64,000 bases of DNA from an uncultured candidate division Zixibacteria bacterium (GCA_963702205.1 OY969724.1:1312001-1376000), one strand, 5' to 3'. Numbered from the stretch's first letter, positions 21,177 to 31,950 are shown. Notes: generated by a model from the sequence alone, not told the origin. Numbers and translations: made by a program.

Positions 21177-24100
21177 TCAGACTTTATTCAATATCCCACG
21201 CAGGTTGTTCAGGCGATCGGTATGCGGCGCCGATGTCAGATCAATCAAAATTTTCGGGCTTTCGGCCAACTGGAATTCCATCGGGAAACTAACGGCCTGA
21301 CGCCACGCTTCGACCTGTTTACGGTCGAATTTTTTTGCACCATCGAAGATCAACTCAACCTTACCCTTTTTAAATACCACTTTGATCATCTCATTAGCCC
21401 AGGCCGAAATACGCACCGCCGCCGCCTCGAACAAATTCGCGGTTGCATGAGGCAGCCGTCCAAAACGGTCCTCGACTTCATCGCGAATCCGTTCAATTTC
21501 GTCGAGCGTCCTGGCCCCGGCGATCTTTTGATACACGTCGACTTTCTGCTGATTGATCGTGATATAACTTTCCGGAATCATCATTTCAATGTCGGTCTCG
21601 AGTTTAGTGTCCGGCGTCCCCAGCACTCGTTCGCCCTTGAGTTCGGCGACAGCCTCTTCGAGAAGCTTGGTATAAAGATCGAACCCGACCTCTTCGATAA
21701 ATCCCGATTGCTGCGGCCCAAGGATATTGCCCGCGCCGCGAATTTCGAGATCTTTCATCGCCAGTGCAAACCCGCTGCCCAGGTCGGCGTGCGTTTCGAT
21801 CGCACGGAGACGCTTGCGGGCGTCATCGGTCAGCAGCCGATAGGTGGGTGTCAGAAGATACGCAAAAGCTCGTCTGGTGGATCGTCCCACTCGACCGCGA
21901 AGCTGATACAACTGGGCCAGGCCGAATCTGTCCGCCCGATTGATGATTATGGTATTGACCGAGGGAATATCCAATCCCGATTCGATAATAGTCGTCGACA
22001 ACAGCACATTGAACCGTCCTGCGAGAAAGGCCAGCATGATTCCTTCGAGTGAACGCTCGTGCATCTGACCGTGCGCGATACCGATCTCCACTTGCGGCAA
22101 TAATTTCTTAAGATATCGATACATCGCATCTATCGTCTGAACCCGATTATGCACGAAAAATATCTGCCCGCCGCGGTCGATCTCGCGGAGAATCGCTTCG
22201 GCGACCGTTTCCGGTTCGAATTCTCTTATCTCGGTGATGATCGGCAGACGATCTTTCGGCGAGGTATTGATCAACGACATATCCCGCACGCCGGTCAGCG
22301 ACATGTGCAATGTCCTCGGTATCGGTGTGGCCGTCATGGCAATCGTGTCGACCGTCGCCTTAATCTTGCGAATAGTCTCTTTATGCTTTACCCCGAAACG
22401 CTGCTCCTCGTCGACAATCAACAGCCCCAGATCTTTGAAGTCGACGTCTTTGGAAAGAAGGCGATGGGTACCGATAATTATTTCTATCTTACCTTTCGAT
22501 AGATCTTCGAGAATCGCCGTCTGTTCTTTGCGCGTCCGAAACCGCGAGAGCATTTCGACTTTTAGCGGGAAGTCTTTCAAACGTTCGTTGAACGTCGTCA
22601 AATGCTGCTGGGCGAGAATGGTCGTGGGTACAAGCACCGCGACCTGCTTGCCCGCTTCGACCGCCTTGAACGCGGCGCGTATCGCTACCTCGGTTTTACC
22701 GTACCCGACGTCGCCGCATACCAGCCGATCCATTGCCTGCGGTTTCTCCATATCCATCTTGATGGCATTAATGGCCTTGAGCTGGTCGGGGGTTTCTTCG
22801 TACGGAAACGACGCTTCCAATTGTCGCTGCCAGGTTGTATCGGGCCCGAACTGGCACCCCGGGCGGGTTTTGCGTTCGGCGTAAATTTTCAAAAGTTCTT
22901 CGGCCATATCCGCGATAGCCTTCTTGGTGCGGGCCTTTATCTTCTCCCAGGCCGTACCGCCCAGGACCGAGAGTTTCGGTGCGGCGTCTTTTCCGGCGTA
23001 CTTGGAAACGCAGTTAAATTCCTCGATCGGGACATAGAGCTTGTCACCGTTGGAATACTGGAGGTGCAGGCAATCGTGCCGATGGCCGCCGACCTCGATC
23101 GTAACCAGACCGACATACCGTGCGATACCGTGCTCGGAATGCACCACATAATCACCCTTTTCGAGGCTGGTGTAGTTCTGGATGGCGACGCCTTCCTTGA
23201 ATTTCTTGCGCCGCACGCGGCGGAAATACCGTCCGAATATCTGGTGGTCGGTAAGGATCGCCAGCCTGTACTTATCGCAAACGAAACCGCCCTTGAGCGG
23301 CGCCACTTCGATAGGTACATCCGAGCCGTCCCGAACCTTGTCGGCAATTAATTCTCCAAGGCGTCCGGCCTGACCGGCATTATCGGCGGCGACCAGGTGA
23401 CGAATCCCTTTGACTCGAAACTCACCGATTACGTTGTCCAACCAATCAAGCCGGGAACCGAGCGCCGGATGATCTTTGCATGCGAAATCTAAATATTCGA
23501 TGGTGCTATTTTTGAAAGGTACATGATCGAGACGGAAATTGCGCTCGATGGCGGCCTGTATCTTTTCAGAGTTGGCATAGTACCTGAGATACTCCGGGCG
23601 GTGAAACCATACGGTCGAGAATTCTTTCGCGGTGGCGTTCGGCAGTTTCAAAAATATCATCAGCGACGCCCTTTATATGCTCGTAGCCGCCGAGGTAATA
23701 AATGCACCCGTTTTCCATGAAATCGGTCAGGCAGCCGGCTTCGATTCCGAACGAACCGGCCAGCCATTCCAGGCCGGGGAGATCGGGATCATTTAGATAT
23801 CGCGCCCGCACCAGATCGGCATCATCCTCAGGGAGGTTGGAAATATAGCCTTCGACAGTCTCCTGCGTGATCGGCACTTCACGGCGGGGAAGAAGCAGCA
23901 CCTCATCGAGGCGACCGGTCGTGCGCTGCGAGGTGACGTCAAAATGACGGATCGTGTCGATTTCATCTCCAAAAAATTCCACCCGAATCGGGTAATCGAA
24001 ACCGGGCGAGAAAAAGTCCACGAGGCCGCCGCGAAGAGAAAAATCGCCGATTTCCTCGACCAGCGTCTCGCGGTTGAAACCCATCGCCACCAGCCTGGCG

Positions 24101-24603
24101 GCCAGGTCGTCGATATCCATCTCCTGACCGGTCTTAAGGTGCAAGCGTTCGGTGTCGAACGTTGACCGGCTGATAGTCGGTTCGATCAACGCCTCGATCG
24201 ATGTCACCACAATCTCAAGCGAATCGGATAGGAGCGACGACAGCGTATGCAGCCGTTGCCCGGTGACTTCGGCGGTCGGGGAACGAAACTCGTATGGTAC
24301 ACACCGGCGGGCCGGGAAATGCCCGATCTTTTTATTGTCGTGCAAAAAAGACAGATCGTCACAAAGATCGGCCGCGGAATCGGAATCGGCCAGGATCGCG
24401 ATAATCGGTTTGTCCGACCTTTTAGCCAGTTCAGACAGCATGATGGCGTTAGCGGAACCCGCCAGACCGGCAATCGTTATCAATTCCGGGTCTGCACCGG
24501 AAAGGCGTCCGACCAGTTTCTCGAACGGAGCGGTTTTGCCGAACTCCGCGACAAGCGTCGCGAGGTAACCTTTATCTTTTTGTATCATGAGGGGCATACG
24601 CAA
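21177..24603 (-). pseudogene. mfd: Transcription-repair coupling factor split by one frameshift (real lesion or sequence error)
   Basis: ORF 23566-24603 holds the UvrB-homology part (GDFSLRGGLVD, PIRVEFFGDEI); ORF 21177-23660 holds RID, helicase (CGDVGYGKTEV, DEEQRFG, QLRGRVGR) and TRCF domains; the frames differ by one extra base in the 23566-23660 overlap. Confidence 0.85.
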
Positions 24604-24795
24604 ATTTATCCAAGCACAAAAGCCCCACTCGCCGCGCGGGTGGGGTATATCCGAATCTTTTCTTTCTTTATCGGTCTCAAGTTACTCAATTAATACGTTT
24701 TGGCAATTATATTTTTATCAAAAATTGCCGTTTTTCTTGACTTGGGCGCAATATTTCGTTTTTTGCTATCCTGTAAATGCAGGCATGAGACAAAA

Positions 24796-26181
24796 ATGAA
24801 CGACGCATCTTTCAAAGGATACAAGGGCCGGGCGCTGGACGCGCTTAAATCTCACGGTGGACGGGTGTGGGCCAGCGTGACGCTCAAAACCGACCGGGGC
24901 GATTTTTCCGGCGTAATCCTACCACGCTCCGAGACGGCCGATGGCGACCACATCGTCCTCAAGCTTTCGACCGGTTACAATATCGGCATTCGCGCCGACC
25001 GGGTTCTGGATATAAAAGAAAACAGCTTCAAAGAAGCGATCTACAAAATCCCCGAAAAAGAATTTCCGATGTCGCCCGACAAACCCTCGGTGACCCTGCT
25101 CGGGACCGGCGGAACTATCGCCTCGCGGTTGGACTATCGTACCGGAGCGGTGATACCGGCCTTCACGCCGGGCGAGCTCTACGGGGCTGTCCCCGAACTG
25201 GCCGACCTGTGCAACCTCGAAACCAAAAAACTTTTCGGCGTCTTTTCCGAGAACATGGGACCGGAGCAGTGGAAAACGCTGGCGGTCGAGATCGGCAAGG
25301 AGATCAAAAAGGGTGTCGGCGGGATTGTTATCGGCCACGGGACCGATACCATGCACCACACGGCGGCGGTTTTATCGTTCATGGTGCAGAACAGCCCGGT
25401 GCCGATCGTTATGGTTGGCTCACAGCGCTCGTCGGACCGGCCTTCGTCCGATGCCGCTTTCAACCTCCGCTGCGCCGCCTACACCGCCGGACATTCAAAC
25501 ATAGCCGAGGTCATGGTCTGCATGTTCGGTCCGACCTCCGATGAATACAATCTCCTGCATCGCGGCACGCGGGTGCGCAAAATGCACTCGTCGTACAGAT
25601 CGACCTTCCGCACCATAGGCGATATACCGATCGCCATGGTTACGCCCGAAAAAGTGACCCCGATCATGTCGTCGTACAAATACCGCCGCGACGACCGCGA
25701 CGTCGACGTCAACGCCGTGTTCGAAGAAAAAGTCACTATTTTATACTATTATCCCAACATGCAGCCGGACATAATCGAGGCTTTGATCGACAACGGCTAC
25801 AAGGGCATAGTCATCGCCGGAACCGGGCTGGGGCACGTCAACAAGCCGCTCTATCCGGCGCTTAAAAAAGCTCACGAAAAAGGCATCGCCATCTACATGA
25901 CCGTGCAGACGCTGTGGGGTTATGTGCAGATGTACGTCTACGACACCGGGCGCGACATGATGGAACTGGGCGTGGTACCGGCCGAGAACATGCTGCCCGA
26001 GGTGGCTTATGTCAAGCTGGGGTGGATTCTGGCGCAGACGACCGATCCGGCCAAAGTGCGCGAGATGATGTTGACCCCGATCGCGGGGGAGATCACCGAG
26101 CGCGAGCCGTTCGACGGTTATTTGATTTTACAGGGCGGCATCCCCGAAGTCGAAGAGTTTATCAGCAAGCAGTACAGATAA
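24796..26181 (+). CDS. gatD: Glu-tRNA(Gln) amidotransferase subunit D (archaeal-type GatD; asparaginase fold with N-terminal beta domain)
   Basis: N-terminal GVILPR...HIVLKLSTGYNIG domain; TGGTIASRLDYRTGAV, HGTDTM, GSQRSSDRPSSDA, RKMHSS and MLPEVAYVKL motifs. Confidence 0.85.
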   Translation: MNDASFKGYKGRALDALKSHGGRVWASVTLKTDRGDFSGVILPRSETADGDHIVLKLSTGYNIGIRADRVLDIKENSFKEAIYKIPEKEFPMSPDKPSVTLLGTGGTIASRLDYRTGAVIPAFTPGELYGAVPELADLCNLETKKLFGVFSENMGPEQWKTLAVEIGKEIKKGVGGIVIGHGTDTMHHTAAVLSFMVQNSPVPIVMVGSQRSSDRPSSDAAFNLRCAAYTAGHSNIAEVMVCMFGPTSDEYNLLHRGTRVRKMHSSYRSTFRTIGDIPIAMVTPEKVTPIMSSYKYRRDDRDVDVNAVFEEKVTILYYYPNMQPDIIEALIDNGYKGIVIAGTGLGHVNKPLYPALKKAHEKGIAIYMTVQTLWGYVQMYVYDTGRDMMELGVVPAENMLPEVAYVKLGWILAQTTDPAKVREMMLTPIAGEITEREPFDGYLILQGGIPEVEEFISKQYR

Positions 26182-26193
26182 ATCTTGATCTTA

Positions 26194-26458
26194 GTAGGTC
26201 AGGAGCCCTGCGCTCCTGACATCTTTGAGTTGATAATAAAAAGAACGTCACGCCCCAAGTGGGCATGACCTACCCGGACTGGATACCCGCTTTCGCGGGT
26301 ATGACATTGTACGATGCAATTATAGTAGGTCGAAACCCCTGCCGAAGGTCCTGAAGAATGAAGGGCGGTTTCGACATCTTGTTTTGCTAAATTGAAAGTA
26401 CTTCTTGTAGGTCAAGAGCCGTACCGATGGCCCTAAGCCTGGCAAAGGGGCCCCTAAC
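26194..26458. repeat. Cluster of REP-like palindromes
   Basis: Empty GTAG-REPs at 26194-26220 (+) and 26247-26273 (-); GTCATACCCGCGAAAGCGGGTATCCAG-type element at 26279-26305 (-); insert-carrying GTAG-REPs at 26325-26375 and 26407-26458. Confidence 0.85.
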
Positions 26459-26498
26459 TTGGTTTCTTACTGCACGGGAATATTGTCTTTAAATAAAA

Positions 26499-27107
26499 TT
26501 ATGAAACAGCCTTATAAATAAATATCATACCTTCAATGATTATTATTACCGCAAATAGAATTATAAGGGGTTTAAGGTATTTTATTTTAAATATTATGTC
26601 TTCGTCAATTAGAAAGAATGCCTGCCACCATTTTTCAGATATCTCTAGAGCAGCAATAAAAAATATTATTATGGCTCCAATGAATGATATTATTCCAAAC
26701 AGTCCATATATATAAAATTCGAATACGTAAGACGTAATGAAGTCATTCATGAATATGGGAAATGCCCCGGTTTGTTGCCTATAATACAAATATGTGACGA
26801 CAAAATAATATGTAATTAACGCAAATGATTTCGGGATATATCTATCGCAAATTAATTGTTTTTCTTCCTTGCTCAATGACTTGTTTTGCTCCGAATTTTG
26901 ATGCTTATTTTCTTTATATGCCGGCGGTTTCCACGATCCGGGAGAAGAATAATCAGGCTCGATATCTTTCATGGCGGGTTTGAATTCCGGGGGAATCGTC
27001 ATAAAATGGCCGCAATGGAGACATTTGATCTTATCCCCAGCCTCAAGATAACGAACTGCTATCACGTTATTGCATTTTTCGCACTTTATGTCGGCAGTTT
27101 GGTTCAT
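26499..27107 (-). CDS. Hypothetical membrane protein with N-terminal zinc ribbon
   Basis: 202 aa; CEKC...CLHC then about three TM helices; GGAG RBS; visibly AT-rich. Confidence 0.65.
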   Translation of the reverse strand: MNQTADIKCEKCNNVIAVRYLEAGDKIKCLHCGHFMTIPPEFKPAMKDIEPDYSSPGSWKPPAYKENKHQNSEQNKSLSKEEKQLICDRYIPKSFALITYYFVVTYLYYRQQTGAFPIFMNDFITSYVFEFYIYGLFGIISFIGAIIIFFIAALEISEKWWQAFFLIDEDIIFKIKYLKPLIILFAVIIIIEGMIFIYKAVS

Positions 27108-27130
27108 ATAGCTCCATTCTTCTTATTAGA

Positions 27131-28417
27131 TTACCCCAAAACTTCCCGAATTACCTCCCCCAACACATCCGCCGCATCGTGCAAAATGTGCTCAGTGTGG
27201 GCCGTGCTGATGAACCCGACCTCATACGCCGACGGCGCAAGGTAGATCTCTGCTTCCAGGGCTTTATTAAATATTTGTGCGTACTTCTCGGTACAACCGG
27301 AATCAATATCTTCTGCCCGCGACGGCACTTTCTCCTGCAAGCAAATCCAGAATATCGACCCGATCGAAACTATATTAACCGGCAAATCCGAAGTCTTATT
27401 CTTCAACTCACGAACAAAAGATTTCGTCGCTTTCTCGATCTTATTCCAGCCGTCATTGCGCTCCAGAAGCTCCAGCGTCGCCCAGCCGCAGATCATCGCC
27501 AGCGGATTGCCAGACAGCGTCCCCGCCTGATACACCGGCCCGTCGGGTGCCAGGCGCCCCATAATTTCGGCTCGACCGCCGAACGCCCCGACCGGCAGCC
27601 CGCCACCGACTACTTTGCCATAGGTACACAGGTCCGGTTTAATGTCATAATGTTCGCACGCCCCGCCCGGTGCAACTCGGAACCCGGAGATGACTTCATC
27701 GAGGACTAACAGCGAATCGTTTTGTTTCGTAATATCCCGCAGGAAATTCAGATATTCTTCCGACTGCACCAGCAAGCCGTTGTTGGCCGGAATCGGTTCG
27801 ATAAGGACCGCCGCGATTTCCGGACCGTACTGATTGAACAATTCCTCGACGGCTTTTCTGTCATCGAGAGGTGCCACCAGAGTATGTTTCACGAAATCCT
27901 TCGGAACTCCGGCCGATGAGGGAATCCCCAGCGTCGCCAGGCCCGATCCGGACGAAACCAGGAGATAGTCGCTATGGCCGTGATAACAGCCCGAAAATTT
28001 GATTATCTTGTCGCGTCCGGTGAACCCGCGAGCGAGCCGAACCGCCGACATAACCGCCTCGGTCCCCGATGAAACAAACCGCAGCTTTTCGATATGCGGA
28101 CAAAGCTGTATGATCTTTTCGGCGAGATAGATTTCATTCTCGTGCACGGTGCCGAAGCTGGTCCCGAGCGCCGCCGCCGACGTGACCGCTTCGATAATGA
28201 TCGGGTGCGCATGTCCCAGAATCAGCGGCCCCCAGCTGCAGCAAAAATCGAGATACTCGTTGCCGTCGACGTCGAAAAGATACGCTCCTTCGCCGCGATC
28301 CATATATATCGGCGTCCCGCCGACCGCTTTATAAGCCCGCACCGGCGAATTGACGCCTCCTGCCAATAGCTCGCTCGCCTTTTCAAACAGTTCGGCCGAG
28401 CGCTTGCGTTCGTTCAT
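27131..28417 (-). CDS. hemL: Glutamate-1-semialdehyde 2,1-aminomutase
   Basis: GGVNSPVRA, SGTEAVMSAVRLARG, GCYHGH, YGKVVGGG and YQAGTLSGNP motifs. Confidence 0.96.
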   Translation of the reverse strand: MNERKRSAELFEKASELLAGGVNSPVRAYKAVGGTPIYMDRGEGAYLFDVDGNEYLDFCCSWGPLILGHAHPIIIEAVTSAAALGTSFGTVHENEIYLAEKIIQLCPHIEKLRFVSSGTEAVMSAVRLARGFTGRDKIIKFSGCYHGHSDYLLVSSGSGLATLGIPSSAGVPKDFVKHTLVAPLDDRKAVEELFNQYGPEIAAVLIEPIPANNGLLVQSEEYLNFLRDITKQNDSLLVLDEVISGFRVAPGGACEHYDIKPDLCTYGKVVGGGLPVGAFGGRAEIMGRLAPDGPVYQAGTLSGNPLAMICGWATLELLERNDGWNKIEKATKSFVRELKNKTSDLPVNIVSIGSIFWICLQEKVPSRAEDIDSGCTEKYAQIFNKALEAEIYLAPSAYEVGFISTAHTEHILHDAADVLGEVIREVLG

Positions 28418-29391
28418 TCAATCCATCCGTTTTTCAAAATATCACGCAGGTGATAGGTCAGCACCATGTCCGCCCCGGCCCGGAATATGGACGTAAGATT
28501 TTCAATCACCAGCCTCTTTTCTTCGGCTAACTTCAGATTCGCCATAATTTTTGCCGCGCTGTACTCACCGGAGACATTGTACGCGGCCACCGGAACCGGT
28601 GAATTGTCTTTGAACGTCCTGATAATATCGAGATACGCCAGCGCCGGTTTCACCATGACAATATCAGCGCCTTCTTCCAGATCAAGTTCGAGTTCATACA
28701 AAGCCTCACGGGCGTTGCGAACGTCCATCTGGTACGACGACCGGTCGCCGAACTGCGGGGCGCTTTCGGCGGCGTCGCGAAACGGGCCGTAGTACGCCGA
28801 CGAATATTTCGCGGTGTAGGCCATGATAATCGTGTCCGGCAGCGAATTGCCTTCCAGCGCCTGACGAATATACCCGATCCGGCCGTCCATCATATCCGAC
28901 GGCCCGACACAGTCCGCACCACACCGGGCGTGCGCTATCGCAATCTCCGCCAGACGGTCCAGCGTTTTATCGTTGTCGATCTGTCCGTTCGTAATTATGC
29001 CGCAATGCCCCGACGACGTGTACTCACACAAACATATATCGGTCGCCACAAAGATATCGTCGCCATACTGATTCTTTAGTTCGGTTGTTACCTGCAGCAC
29101 CGGATTGGATGGATCATCGGCCATTGAGCCGGTGTCGTCCTTTTTGTCGACCACCCCGAAAAGCATGATTTTGTTGATGCCCAAATCGTAATCGGCTTTG
29201 AAAAGTTCAGTGAATTTGTCCGAGGGGTCGCGGTATATTCCGGGCATCGATTCGATCTCGATCCGGTTGGTACCTTTTTCCGTGACGAAATAGGGCATGA
29301 TCATTTTATGAGGATCGAGCCGGGTTTCCGCATGGAGGTCGCGGATTGTTTTAGTCCGCCGAAGACGGCGGGGACGATTGCTCATGTCCAT
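28414..29391 (-). CDS. hemB: Porphobilinogen synthase (Zn type)
   Basis: RPRRLR, DICLCEYTSSGHCG, PSDMMDGR, YYGPFRDA and MVKPA motifs. Confidence 0.96.
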   Translation of the reverse strand: MDMSNRPRRLRRTKTIRDLHAETRLDPHKMIMPYFVTEKGTNRIEIESMPGIYRDPSDKFTELFKADYDLGINKIMLFGVVDKKDDTGSMADDPSNPVLQVTTELKNQYGDDIFVATDICLCEYTSSGHCGIITNGQIDNDKTLDRLAEIAIAHARCGADCVGPSDMMDGRIGYIRQALEGNSLPDTIIMAYTAKYSSAYYGPFRDAAESAPQFGDRSSYQMDVRNAREALYELELDLEEGADIVMVKPALAYLDIIRTFKDNSPVPVAAYNVSGEYSAAKIMANLKLAEEKRLVIENLTSIFRAGADMVLTYHLRDILKNGWIE

Positions 29392-31036
29392 TTTGTATCA
29401 TCTCCAGTATTTTGTCGGTTATATCGTACAGATCGGCTTTGCCGGGAATATAATCGGGCTTTCGATAGTACTTACCTACTGCGGCAGCGGTGGGGTTCCC
29501 GAGCGTCGTCACCCAGGCTTTCGAGGGAATCTCGTGACCCAGCTCTTTAAAATATTTAACGGACAGAGGACTGGTGAATATGAAGGCTCCAATTTTGGAG
29601 CAATCTATGTCCGGAAGCGCCTCGGCCGGGGTCGGGACCGTTTTGTACAGTGCCAGCCTTTCCACTTTCAGACCTTTGGCCGCGAGTCCGTCGTGCAGCG
29701 TAATCGGGGCCTCTTCACCCTGTGGCAGCATAACCCGCTCGCCTTTTTTCATAAGCGATGGCAGCTCGTTCAATAGTCCTTCGGCACTTTCTTTGGTCGG
29801 CACGAACGCCACTTCCAAATCACGAGCCTTTAGAAGCCGGGCCGTACGTTGCCCAACTGCCGCAATTTTGGACCGTGACGAAAATTCAACTCTGCGGTCG
29901 GCGAGTATATCGAGAAATATCTGCACCGCGTTCTTGCTCGTGAAAATTATCCAGTCGTATTTATCCAGACCGGCGGCAATGTGCCCTATTTTCGTTTTGT
30001 CATACTTTGGTACTGTCCGGAATACCGGGTAATAAATTGGTTCGATCTGTCCCAATCGGCCCTTGAAAAATTCGGCCGCTTCATCTTTGGCGCGGGTAAT
30101 AAGTACTTTTAAGGTTGCCCCCTCGCTCTCCGTCGCGGTCATTTCGGTCAGTTCACGGTATGCCATATCCACCAGCACTTCGATATTGTGATGCGAGCCT
30201 TCAAACAAAGCCGGCAGCTGCCAGCCGTTTTTATCTTTTATACCCAGAAATGCCTGGAGCGCGTACCCCGTTTTGGTTTGTTCGGAATGCACCGCCAGCG
30301 GCAAATGACAACCGCCATGAAACCGCGCCAGGACGCCGCGTTCGAGCCGGGCCTTTTTCTCGGCGTCGTCGTTGTTGAGTCTTTCCAGAAAAGCCTGCAG
30401 TTTTTCATTGTCACTTTTGATTTCGATCGCCAGAATGCCCTGTCCGGGGGCGGGCATGAATTCCGATTTGTCCAGCACCACTTTGACAAGATCCTCGATT
30501 TCCGGCATCAACCGGTCCAGCCCGGCCCTGGCGATCATGATGGCATCGTACTCACCATCCAGAAGTTTCTGTATCCGCGTATTGATATTGCCTCGAAGCG
30601 GCTTGACTTCCAGGTCGGGACGGAAATATTTTATCTGGGCTTCTCTCCTGACCGAGCCGGTCCCGATGCACGCCCCCGGCTTGACCTGCATAAAGCGGTA
30701 ACGGTCGAACGCTTCCGGCCGTACCAATACGGCCTCCGAGGCATCCTCGGGACTGCAATATGCGGCGACTTTCAGGCCCGGCGTGAGTTCGGTCGGCAGG
30801 TCTTTTAACGAATGCACGGCCAGATCGACCCGGCCGTCGAGGAGTGCATCCTCCAATTCTTTGGTAAAAAAGCCCTTGCCCTCCAGTTTATCGAAACCGA
30901 GGTCGGTTACTTTGTCGCCCTGGGTCTTAATAATTTCGATTTCAGCCTGCGCTCCGAGGCTGATCATCTGCTTTTTTATTTCTTCAGCCTGTCGCAAAGC
31001 CAACTGGCTGCCGCGAGTTCCTATTGTCCAGTTCAT
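29351..31036 (-). CDS. hemC: Fused hydroxymethylbilane synthase / uroporphyrinogen-III synthase (HemC-HemD)
   Basis: IGTRGSQLA, KGFFTKELE, AVHSLKD and GGCHLP, then HemD-like VLITRA, WIIFTSKNAV, AAVGQRTA and FTSPLSV; start placed at ATG 31036. Confidence 0.9.
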   Translation of the reverse strand: MNWTIGTRGSQLALRQAEEIKKQMISLGAQAEIEIIKTQGDKVTDLGFDKLEGKGFFTKELEDALLDGRVDLAVHSLKDLPTELTPGLKVAAYCSPEDASEAVLVRPEAFDRYRFMQVKPGACIGTGSVRREAQIKYFRPDLEVKPLRGNINTRIQKLLDGEYDAIMIARAGLDRLMPEIEDLVKVVLDKSEFMPAPGQGILAIEIKSDNEKLQAFLERLNNDDAEKKARLERGVLARFHGGCHLPLAVHSEQTKTGYALQAFLGIKDKNGWQLPALFEGSHHNIEVLVDMAYRELTEMTATESEGATLKVLITRAKDEAAEFFKGRLGQIEPIYYPVFRTVPKYDKTKIGHIAAGLDKYDWIIFTSKNAVQIFLDILADRRVEFSSRSKIAAVGQRTARLLKARDLEVAFVPTKESAEGLLNELPSLMKKGERVMLPQGEEAPITLHDGLAAKGLKVERLALYKTVPTPAEALPDIDCSKIGAFIFTSPLSVKYFKELGHEIPSKAWVTTLGNPTAAAVGKYYRKPDYIPGKADLYDITDKILEMIQNGHEQSSPPSSAD

Positions 31037-31218
31037 ATCTATATTATACTTTCCATACAACAGGATGAATATAAAGCCGCTTTGGCATTCTCAAAGTGAA
31101 ATTTGGCACATAATATATGGCCGGCCAGGACATGACTTTTGAGGTAATTACCTCTAATGCATTGATATATAGCTACATAGACGATTTGGCGATTGTTGGC
31201 AGAGGATTAAGACGGTCC

Positions 31219-31247
31219 TTGACATTGTTAGATTAATCTAATATTTT
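31219..31247 (+). promoter_or_regulatory. Promoter with a DtxR/MntR-type operator in the spacer
   Basis: TTGACA-N17-TATTTT containing the perfect palindrome TTAGATTAATCTAA (31228-31241). Confidence 0.75.
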
Positions 31248-31255
31248 GCGTCGCT

Positions 31256-31678
31256 ATGAATTTGACATCACGCGAAGAAGATTATCTGGAGACCATTTAT
31301 CTCCTGTCCCGGGAAAACCGGTCGGTCGGAGTAACCGACGTCGCCCGCGAACTCGGCGTGACCCTTCCGACCGTCAATTCCGCGGTCGGCCGATTAAAGG
31401 AATACGGCCTGGTTCAACAGGAACATTACGGCAAAATAATTCTCAACGATAAGGGCCGCCGAATCGGGGCCGAGGTTTACCGGGCGCATCGCGCCATCCA
31501 TATTTTCCTGACCGACATATTACACCTCCCGACGGATATTGCCGAAAATGAAGCCTGCAAGATGGAACACGCCATCAGCCGCGAAACCATGCACCGCCTC
31601 GAAATACTGGTCGAAAAGATTCAATCTTCGAAGCTGGGGAGAATTGATTATGATGCCGTTCAATCCTCTCGTAAATAG
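31256..31678 (+). CDS. DtxR/MntR family metal-dependent repressor
   Basis: 140 aa; EDYLETIY, HTH, HRAI and EACKMEH motifs. Confidence 0.92.
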   Translation: MNLTSREEDYLETIYLLSRENRSVGVTDVARELGVTLPTVNSAVGRLKEYGLVQQEHYGKIILNDKGRRIGAEVYRAHRAIHIFLTDILHLPTDIAENEACKMEHAISRETMHRLEILVEKIQSSKLGRIDYDAVQSSRK

Positions 31679-31704
31679 TATGGCAGCGAAAAGAGACGGA
31701 TAGC

Positions 31705-31947
31705 ATGGGCGAAACAATGAACCTCGGGCAGTTGAAACCGGGCCAGCGCGGCCGGGTCATTCGCGTCGGCGGCTACGGTGCGATCAGGCGGCGTCTGTAT
31801 GACCTCGGCCTGCATGCGGGCGAAATGGTGCAGATGATCAAAGCCGCGCCGCTTAAGGACCCGCTGGAAATTTCCTTCGGCAACGGCCATGTGTCGATAC
31901 GGCGCAGCGAAGCGTCCCTGGTGTTTGTGGACCCCATGACAGAATAA
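31705..31947 (+). CDS. feoA: Ferrous iron transport protein A
   Basis: 80 aa; RRRLYDLGL, APLKDP and SIRRSEA motifs. Confidence 0.93.
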   Translation: MGETMNLGQLKPGQRGRVIRVGGYGAIRRRLYDLGLHAGEMVQMIKAAPLKDPLEISFGNGHVSIRRSEASLVFVDPMTE

Positions 31948-31950
31948 ATC

